A DNA stretch of 64,000 nt, taken from NCBI GenBank assembly GCA_000091205.1, contig AP006493.2; one strand, given 5' to 3'. Origin of the DNA: Cyanidioschyzon merolae (taxonomy: Eukaryota). Made by a program: the position numbers and the translations under genes. The notes below the pieces were generated by a model, which saw only the letters and a list, made by a program, of their open reading frames with translations, searched no databases and had not been told where the DNA came from. How positions within the stretch are numbered: the first letter of the stretch is position 1; every line of letters begins with the position of its first letter. Below are positions 56,835-64,000 of the stretch, piece after piece.

Positions 56835-58950
56835 GTTGCTTCAGGCGTGCATGCAATGAATCTCTCCTAGTCACCAAACTATATTATCCAAAGTCTTCCG
56901 CTTTCCATGTAATGCGCTCATTGAGTACAACACAACTACATCACACATTCACTCGACACAAATCTGCTGGACGCGCTCGCACTTCTAGGAATCTACAGAT
57001 GTTTATCGTGGCGTTCAAGTCTCGACGCGGAAACTGCTTGCACGCTTGGTTGGTGGTGAAAGCACACTGTAGCGAGCCTCGAAACCACGACTGCATCGAC
57101 ATCTGATGCTCGGAAAGCTTACCCTGCACAAGCTCATGCATCCGCCTCCATCTCACGCGTTTTTTCTCTGCCTGTTTCAGCGTGCACCTGTGCTCAGGAT
57201 GCGTGTGCATCGTCCTGAGCAAATCGATGGTCATGATGAAGAATCAGTTCTCGCACTAGTTGTAAGCTCCAGTCGAAGGAGCAGGACAGCAGCATTGGAG
57301 TGTTCGCGCATGCTCAGCGCCATCGGCTGCTGCTGTAGGATGCGACTTATCTGTCAGTCGCTTTCCGACTCATGAGATAGACTGGCGAACGCATGCGTCC
57401 CGCCTCCGTACAGCCTGGCCCGCAGGCGGTCCTAACGCGGTCTCGAGTGTTCGTACCGTACTTCGCCCGCATGAGTGATCTAGATACCAATGTACGCGCG
57501 TCATGAGGCGTCGAGGGGTGCTCCCTCTGTTCGATACGGTACTCAGGGCGTCTAGAAGGATCCTCACGCCGCATGCCGCTCGTCAATATGCCTCCTGCGG
57601 TCCATCATGCCCAACTCTCGATGACGCCCAGCCCCCGAACTGCTGAGCAGCCCGATCCGCTTTCCGCTCGGTTCTTTTGGTCGTTTCTTCTCATTCTCAG
57701 GTGCGGCGACCGCGAGGAGGCCCTTCAACGCGGGATCCACACGCATCCCAAAGTGCGCCTCCTGTTCCACTCTATACGAGGGACAATGAGTCTCGCGTGC
57801 CCGACTCAGGCGTAGCCATCGGAAAATCTATGCAGATTGATATTCTGTCGGCCCCCATGGTTCCTCTAAGTTTCTCTCCATTTGCTCCGTGTGGATGAGA
57901 ATTCTTGGACGCGCTCGCCAGACGCTCTTCACAAAGTTGCCTGTGTGCTTCCTATTTGTGCGCAGACACCAGCAGCAGCTCACTGAAAACGCCATACACT
58001 ACCGAGCTGGTTTGCGGTGATATGGTGGCCATGATCTGACTGTTGGGTACCGCATCGAACAGACGCTCAAGGTAACTGGTGCGCTCGGACTCGCGACGGG
58101 ATTCGGCGCTGCTCTGGCGCGCTTCGTTCAGGGACAGGTGCTGGCGTAAGGTACACGGAACGAAGGCATCGCGCTTCCACCATTATTCGGACGCAATGTC
58201 CGTGGGTGCGAATCTGAGAGCTACGCAGTGAGCTCGGACGATCTAGACTCACTATCGCTCTGTTCATGACGTCTCCTACGAACTTGCAGCCAACTCGATG
58301 TCCTCCGACATTGGCGCCCCGTTGGCCTCCATCAACACCCCAAGAAAGCCTGCCACCAATCGTCACTTTTGCGGTCCAGCGAGCGGCTGCCAGATCGCCC
58401 CCGGGATGCGTCTCTTGAAGCGCTCGACGTTGGCCGGCAAGCTGGTTCCGTTTTTGCTTCGCGGTTCGTTTGATGCTTTTCTGTACCAGCGCTGCAGATG
58501 TCCCGATCTTCCACGTCGTGCAGCTACTCGTCAAGGTATTCTGCGAAGCGGGTGAGCAAATCTCTGCTCCTGCAATCAGGCCGCATTCCAGCTCCGGTCC
58601 CGATTATCAGTTGCTTTGCCGTGCATAGGTTCGATCGGAATTTCCAGAGGAATCAGGACAGACGGGAGCCCCGCGACCGAAAGTCGTGCGAGTAGTTGTC
58701 TGAGGGGCTGCGTCAAGCCAAGGCACGCAAGATGAGTCTTGCCCGAAACAAGCTTCGCTTTCCGAATGCCGTCCAGCATCTCGCTTATTGGGGAATACTC
58801 TCCGTTGACGTGTTTCAGTAGGGTGGCCTCGACAATGATTTCAGAGTTTGCTGTCCGCTCGCGAAGATTTTTGGCCGTGTACCTACCCGTTCTTGTTGTG
58901 GAAGGATGTTCCTCTTCTTCGTCGGATGCGCGTTCCGCCTTCTCCATTTC
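56835..58950 (-). mobile_element. Near-full-length but heavily disrupted TnpB/Fanzor-like element copy beta. Its 3'-terminal 494 bp (56835-57328) is inverted-repeat copy B.
   Basis: Minus-strand fragments in N-to-C order. First, 58576-58947 (...LLKHVNGEYSPISEMLDGIRK, aligned with [18 protein letters not shown] of copy alpha). Second, 58067-58534 (GRLSWGVDGGQRGANV, RuvC-I-like). Third, 57370-57567 (RGSTPRRLMTRV, aligned with KGTTPAPKTRV). Last, 56941-57234 (RRDLNATINI). Confidence 0.5.
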
Positions 58951-59142
58951 CTGGCGGCGTGGTATCGATGCGGTGGCCAGTATTCATACCCGTTGTACTC
59001 TTTGAGGTTCATACGCTCCGTGTAATTGGTGGCACTGAAGCGTCCCTCTCATAAGTGTTTATCTACCACTCGCCAAATACCTCTTCATCACCGTCTCCAT
59101 CGTGAGCACGCCCGCGCAGCCGAGAGAGCTTCTCCGATCCCG

Positions 59143-59156
59143 CACACACACACACA
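59143..59156. repeat. (CA)7 dinucleotide microsatellite.
   Basis: Direct reading: cacacacacacaca. Confidence 0.8.
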
Positions 59157-59921
59157 CTCGCACGAAAGGTGAATCCATGAAGTCCTCACGAGCAGGGTGA
59201 AGTGATGAACGAACTTGTCCGTTTCGCGATATGTAGGCGATCATGCAAATGAAGAGCCGCTTGGGGGATGCTACTCTCACCCTCACGTATATCTTCTACA
59301 CGAACAGCGGTTTGCCGGCCTTCGAGTATCCATACACGGGTAGGCCAGCTTTCTAGAATGGCGTCTCATCGAGAGAGACGAAACCCCGTCGCTCTTGTAG
59401 CACGCGTTGGAGTTTCAATACGAAAGTGATAGTTTGTCGTTCATCACGCGATGCTCTCACACACACGCGTGCTTTTTCTCTGCGGCAATCAAAAACTCTT
59501 CATCACCGTTCGTATCAACAGTACGGAAGCTTCAAATCCTCTGGCTTTTTTGGTAGTCTTTCTCAGAGAAGATATGGACTGGAATGGATTGGCGGAAGAC
59601 AGACTCTCGTATAGATAGACTTTAATAAGATCTGTTTTTAATATATGGCGTTCACGATACGGACAATGAGAGAAATCAATCATCCACCTGCTGACCAGCA
59701 TGGTGAATGAGTTGTACAAGCCAAGCCAAGTCGTTTTTCGCAAGCGAGCAGTGATTGCATATAACGCTTTTCACGACGTTCCTCTGATCTCCACGATACA
59801 TTCCTTTTGTCGAGTACCCATGAGAGAAACAAGCGAAAACAAAAAGGACGTGCAGATAAATGCGTTCCAGAACTCGCAGTTCTGATTGTAATTATGGACC
59901 GAATGTGGACCTATCCGTGTG

Positions 59922-62084
59922 CTATGCCTCGCAGAGGCATGCGCAGCTCCCATATACGGCTCGTAATCTGTGCAGAACGTGGTGGACAGATCCGACGGGC
60001 GCGTTCCCCGTCGGTTTCAGGACATCGGTAAGCAGGCTTTGAACAGCGGCTTTGAAACTTTCTAGTGCGGCCAGATCTGCATCATGTCGAGCCTCCCGCA
60101 GCAGCGTGTAACGTCCTCTTAGCATTGAGTTGACATGTCCGGGCGAGATTGGCACGAAATCAAAAAGCGATCGGAATCGAAGGGCAAACGCAGCTTGTTC
60201 CGATTCTGATAGCTCCTCTTTCGGCGGCAGCTCGTTCTCCGAGCATGCCCCGTGGATTAACGCAGATTTGTGAGTCGCACCATCCACGTTTTCTTGAATG
60301 GAACATCTAGGGCAAGAGTTCTCGCTGACATTGCGTGCGCTGTCCTGCACCTCGACATCGCGAACATATTCTCTTCTACTTAATACTAGCCTCGCTCTCA
60401 GCAGGTGCAGGGAAACATGCTCCTCATTTGGATCATACCAAAAAGACAAGATGGAATCAATACTGCGTAGCAGAAGGAGCTCGAGCGCCTGCAGGTACCT
60501 CAACTCAATTGCGCTGTACAATTCCAGGTCGAAACCCAAATCTATGATGCGCAACACAATCCAGAGCGCCAAAGCTGCGCGTCCCATATCGATGCCGCGG
60601 AGCGTCTCCACAGCTTTGGAAAGTGCTCTGCAGCGCAAGCCCCGTCCCGTTGCCGAATTCAGCGCAGCAAGCACAGCCTGCCGTGTCCCGTTATCTCGGC
60701 CTATCTTTCGTAAAACTCTTAAGAGTCGACGCCTTTGTCTGCCACTGTTCATGCATAATACATGAATTAGGACCTCGATTATCGGCAGCAACTGCTCGGC
60801 CTCAATACTGGCGTCAGCAATAGCTGTGCTACGTTCGGCATCGAACGTTCGATGTGGCCCTTCAGTTTTCTGGTCATAAGCATGAACAAAACTCCTTGCG
60901 ACGCTGATCATCTCTTTGCAGAGGCAAGCCCTTGAAACTCCAGCCAATCTTTCGCGTCCATGTAGCTCGACGCAGATGCATGCGAGGTCGAAGCAAGCCA
61001 CGGTGCAGCGCTCCAAACTTGGAAAAGGCGGTGGTGCGAGTTTCCCGCGGAGAAACCTCGATGCTCGATCTAGACGAATACAAAAGGCAGCAAAATCATC
61101 AATGGAAGCGAGTGCATCCTTGTGTTTCATCCGCGGCATCCGCATCGGCGGCGATGGCGGCAGCAGGTGTCGCACCACAGCAGCGTCGAATCCCAGCGTG
61201 CTCTCATCCTGCTCCTCGTGAAACGCAACGACGGAAAGATCTGATAAAAGACGCTGCAGAATATGGGCCTGGCTGTTCAGATCTGACAGAGTTTGCCCTG
61301 TGGAGGAAGCCAAGATGCATAGGTGCCACCATATATCGATATGCCCGATAAGCTGTGCCTGCAGGCGCGGGTCCAGACCTACGGAGCCAGCCGCTTCAGC
61401 GACTTCACGGACGGCCTGATCGCGCAAAAAAGGGCATACGTTTTGGCCAATCGCTTTTGATGTAGATTCCGAATCGAAGACTGGGACGTTTCCAGATATT
61501 TTCCGTACAAGCTTGAAAGGCAGTTGCATCTTCACAGATATATCTTCCTCGAAATGCACATTTGTATGTAAGATTAGCGCCCGAATATGACGTACAAAGA
61601 AAATGCAGCACTCATTCAGAAAAGATGTAAAAGCAGTACCAGGATGTTCTTCTCGAAAAAGGGCTTTGAAGATGTAGAGATTTGGCAGCATAAGTTCCGG
61701 AAGCGAACACCGGCCATCAGCCCAGTTGATTGCAGTTGACAGTGAGGTCTTTATGAGAGACAGTGCTGGTGTGTCTTTCCAGACCTCCGTACAGAAGAGC
61801 TCATCAATTGAGTCTGGTACTATACCTTCCTGAACACTGTCTAGGTAGGTTTTCCCGAGGGGAAGGCTTGCGCCGCTGTCTAGATTCGGAGAGGTCAGCT
61901 CCACTGCAGAGATACAGCTTGCCCAGCGGAAGCTCTTGCCAGTGAATACCATTTCATCTGGAGCAAGACACTGGGTCGCGGCGAAAAACGCCTCCGTAAC
62001 TTCCGCCCATTCGGCTCCGGGCTCCGGTGGACGGGACCGGCCTGAGCCGGTACGCAACGCTTCCGATGATCCAAGCGTGGCCAT
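59922..62084 (-). CDS. Large hypothetical protein of about 720 aa with no recognised domain.
   Basis: Uninterrupted ORF. The track start at 62288 is a GTG; the first ATG (MATLGSSEALRTG...) is at 62084. It is predominantly helical and Leu-rich, and I see no motif I can name. Confidence 0.4.
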   Translation of the reverse strand: MATLGSSEALRTGSGRSRPPEPGAEWAEVTEAFFAATQCLAPDEMVFTGKSFRWASCISAVELTSPNLDSGASLPLGKTYLDSVQEGIVPDSIDELFCTEVWKDTPALSLIKTSLSTAINWADGRCSLPELMLPNLYIFKALFREEHPGTAFTSFLNECCIFFVRHIRALILHTNVHFEEDISVKMQLPFKLVRKISGNVPVFDSESTSKAIGQNVCPFLRDQAVREVAEAAGSVGLDPRLQAQLIGHIDIWWHLCILASSTGQTLSDLNSQAHILQRLLSDLSVVAFHEEQDESTLGFDAAVVRHLLPPSPPMRMPRMKHKDALASIDDFAAFCIRLDRASRFLRGKLAPPPFPSLERCTVACFDLACICVELHGRERLAGVSRACLCKEMISVARSFVHAYDQKTEGPHRTFDAERSTAIADASIEAEQLLPIIEVLIHVLCMNSGRQRRRLLRVLRKIGRDNGTRQAVLAALNSATGRGLRCRALSKAVETLRGIDMGRAALALWIVLRIIDLGFDLELYSAIELRYLQALELLLLRSIDSILSFWYDPNEEHVSLHLLRARLVLSRREYVRDVEVQDSARNVSENSCPRCSIQENVDGATHKSALIHGACSENELPPKEELSESEQAAFALRFRSLFDFVPISPGHVNSMLRGRYTLLREARHDADLAALESFKAAVQSLLTDVLKPTGNAPVGSVHHVLHRLRAVYGSCACLCEA

Positions 62085-62759
62085 CGGCTCCTCCAGAAAG
62101 CAGTAATTAGCCAATAGTTTCCTTTTCAAGCACGCGTACGATCCAGCTCCGAAGGTCTTCCGTTTTCCGGGCTCCGTGGTGCAGTTCGCGCAGCATAGAG
62201 GGCACAGCTCCGAACGTGCAGCCAGCTCTTGCACATTCAGCGAAAAACAAGTATTAGGTGGGATGCTCAGACTAGGACGCTTTCGCACCTACACGTCGCG
62301 CACTAATCTCTATAGAATCCCTCAACGAACGTACAAGAACGGTGGACGAGGTTCCATATGAAAACGTGATGAAATTTTAGATTGAAGATCTTGAGGATCG
62401 CACGAGGTTCCGGCGAAAGTCGTGCTCCTCGGGCTGCGCTCATGCAGCGCCCATTCGTGCAACGGAAAAGAGTTGGAAAAATTTCGGAATATCGGAGGAG
62501 CTAAATTTCACGGTTGCGTGAGCGAAGTTTACGCTGCGCTATTGTTTAGCATAGTCGACCTTTTGTTGAAGGCGAGCACCACCTGTCTCGAAATTAGCAG
62601 ACATGCTGGATACATCAAAAACCGCCACGAATGTGGCGCATTTCTATGTCGTAGCAGTAATTGAAAAAGGCACTGCCTGACTATGATTTGGAGATTGGCT
62701 GTTTCGGCTACTATGGGAGCGCTCGTGCTGCAGTGACATTCAATTCCAGTAACATGTAC

Positions 62760-64000
62760 TTATGACTCTCCGTGATCGCCAACGTCGGTGTCACTCTCGG
62801 CCCCATACTCCGCCGTATAGTCCTCCAAGTTGTCCATCAGATGCATTGCGGCCAATTCCGTATTCCGATCACAACTAAGCCAAACTTGGAGACAAGTATC
62901 TCGCGAAACGCCCATCGGTTCCATCATCTGCTCCAACTGCCGCAACTGCTCCGCCTCTTCCTGCGATACCTCTATACGTATAGCATTCGTTGGCTCCATT
63001 GATGGTGCATCTGCACCCGCATACATGTTTCCACGACCCTGTTGGGCAACGAGTTCTCTTAGCTGACGCATCTCGCGCCCTGCCTCCTCGTCTGTAACAG
63101 GTTCATTCAGCATATTGATAAAATCGGCTTGATTCCTTTGGATAATGTCCAAGAGACGGGGGTTCATTCGCCGTAGCTCTGCCAGAAGGGATTGGATCTG
63201 CGAGGGATCCTGCTGAATTGCCCGTCGGAGCAGAGCGAAATGCGGCAAGCGGCGAATGATGTCCAGCTCGCTCCGACTCTGCTGCAACTCAGGATGCACA
63301 GCTTCAGCAGGACGACTTGTCTGATCCATTCCAGCCTGTGCAGGTAAAGTTTGGTGTTCGGGTCTCCTCGCTTCATCGTTCAAGGGTTCTGTCAGGGACT
63401 CTGTGTTTGCCGGGAAACCGTTACAAAGGTACTCTATGGCACGCTCCGGGTTGTAGTGCGCTGCTCGCATTGCTCTCTCGATGCTTCCGTCATCGAAACC
63501 CATATCACGCATTCGATTCATGTAAAGAGAATACTCATCGCCAACCGCAAGCCCTGAGGAGGCGATGCCACTTGTAGTGGTCCCTTCTACTTGAGGAGTT
63601 TGACTGAGAGCACCGCTTTCTGCAGGTGTGGCACCACTTGACTTCGCAGAAACGGACGCTGGCGGTGAATCTGCGGGAATGCCCCGGCTCGCCTCCGAGG
63701 CGATTGTTGCCGAATCGGTCGCCTCGGAGGCTAGTCCGGCCTGGAGAGGCGTCTTTAACTGTGCATCAGCGCTCGAAACAGAAGCCGTTTTCCGCGAGCG
63801 CTGGGTTGCCACTCTCGGCGGCATTACCACTAAGAAGTCGTCATCTTGCATGCCACAGTCCGCGAGTTTTTGTGTTGGGTCTGAAAGGACTCGCCCAGCG
63901 AAAATCAGACGAGCTTCCTGAGTGCGTGCGGGATCCCAGCGAAACTCCTCCCTGCCTCCAAGTTCACGCTTCAGCTCTTCGACCGTCGTATCCGGGCTGA
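62760..64000 (-). CDS. RAD23: Rad23-like UV excision repair / proteasome shuttle protein (UBL-UBA-XPCB-UBA). The N-terminus runs off the window end, so it is partial.
   Basis: The UBL end TVEELKRELGGREEFRWDPARTQEARLIFAGRVLSDPTQKLADCGMQDDDFLVVM is readable in frame upstream of the track Met at 63851 (reverse complement of 63852-64000). UBA1 reads YMNRMRDMGFDDGSIERAMRAAHYNPERAIEYLCNGFP. The XPC-binding domain reads IQSLLAELRRMNPRLLDIIQRNQADFINMLNEP. UBA2 reads EEAEQLRQLEQMMEPMGVSRDTCLQVWLSCDRNTELAAMHLMD. Confidence 0.8.
   Translation of the reverse strand, partial: SPDTTVEELKRELGGREEFRWDPARTQEARLIFAGRVLSDPTQKLADCGMQDDDFLVVMPPRVATQRSRKTASVSSADAQLKTPLQAGLASEATDSATIASEASRGIPADSPPASVSAKSSGATPAESGALSQTPQVEGTTTSGIASSGLAVGDEYSLYMNRMRDMGFDDGSIERAMRAAHYNPERAIEYLCNGFPANTESLTEPLNDEARRPEHQTLPAQAGMDQTSRPAEAVHPELQQSRSELDIIRRLPHFALLRRAIQQDPSQIQSLLAELRRMNPRLLDIIQRNQADFINMLNEPVTDEEAGREMRQLRELVAQQGRGNMYAGADAPSMEPTNAIRIEVSQEEAEQLRQLEQMMEPMGVSRDTCLQVWLSCDRNTELAAMHLMDNLEDYTAEYGAESDTDVGDHGES

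Noticed and set aside
52681-57328. Considered calling the 494 bp inverted repeats the terminal inverted repeats of a cut-and-paste DNA transposon carrying cargo.
   Set aside because: There is no target-site duplication and no shared terminal motif at the outer edges. The repeat content is a truncated coding fragment plus the 3' flank of the TnpB-like gene. It is better explained as a solo 3' fragment plus the 3' end of a near-full-length copy.
1-64000. Searched by eye for tRNA-like T-arm (GTTCGA/GTTCAA with flanking stems) and telomeric repeats.
   Set aside because: No convincing cloverleaf candidates or telomere-type arrays found. A tRNAscan-type search would be needed to be sure.

Overview
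This window reads as nuclear DNA from a compact, GC-rich (about 55%), essentially intron-free photosynthetic eukaryote. A picoalga or a unicellular red alga such as a Cyanidiales or Porphyridium relative would fit, but I cannot name the species. It carries about 17 protein-coding genes as long uninterrupted ORFs.

**Housekeeping and plastid-related genes:**
- RNA polymerase I largest subunit.
- A MiaB/CDK5RAP1-type tRNA methylthiotransferase.
- A COP1-like RING/WD40 E3 ligase.
- A TatD nuclease and a pyruvate kinase with an N-terminal targeting extension.
- A CCA1/RVE-type SHAQKYF MYB factor.
- A nuclear-encoded plastid sigma-70 factor.
- A Pus3/TruA pseudouridine synthase.
- Bifunctional UMP synthase.
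- A CE4-like type II membrane protein.
- A CofG/CofH/Mqn-family radical SAM enzyme arranged head-to-head with lycopene beta-cyclase.
- Frataxin.
- Rad23.

**Starts:** the supplied ORF track begins many ORFs at GTG/TTG, so I re-anchored several starts to the first in-frame ATG that fits the conserved N-terminus.

**Main finding:** a family of degraded eukaryotic TnpB-like (Fanzor-like, IS200/IS605 OrfB superfamily) RNA-guided-nuclease elements, present as at least five copies or fragments in 64 kb. All five share a RuvC-III-like motif (D-x-N-A-[AT]-I-N-I) and an aligned block of roughly 100 residues around it.
- 42611-44960(-): near full length, about 2.3 kb.
- 56835-~58950(-): near full length, heavily disrupted.
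- 36850-38355(-): partial.
- 54000-54914(+): partial.
- 52681-53174(+): 494 bp 3' fragment.

**What the family has generated:**
- A 941 bp perfectly identical direct-repeat pair flanking the Pus3 gene.
- A 494 bp inverted-repeat pair at about 99.8% identity, 3.66 kb apart.
- Two cases where an element 3' end sits 76-170 bp upstream of, and co-oriented with, a host gene start codon.

All family assignments rest on motif recognition by eye. Profile searches would be needed to confirm them.
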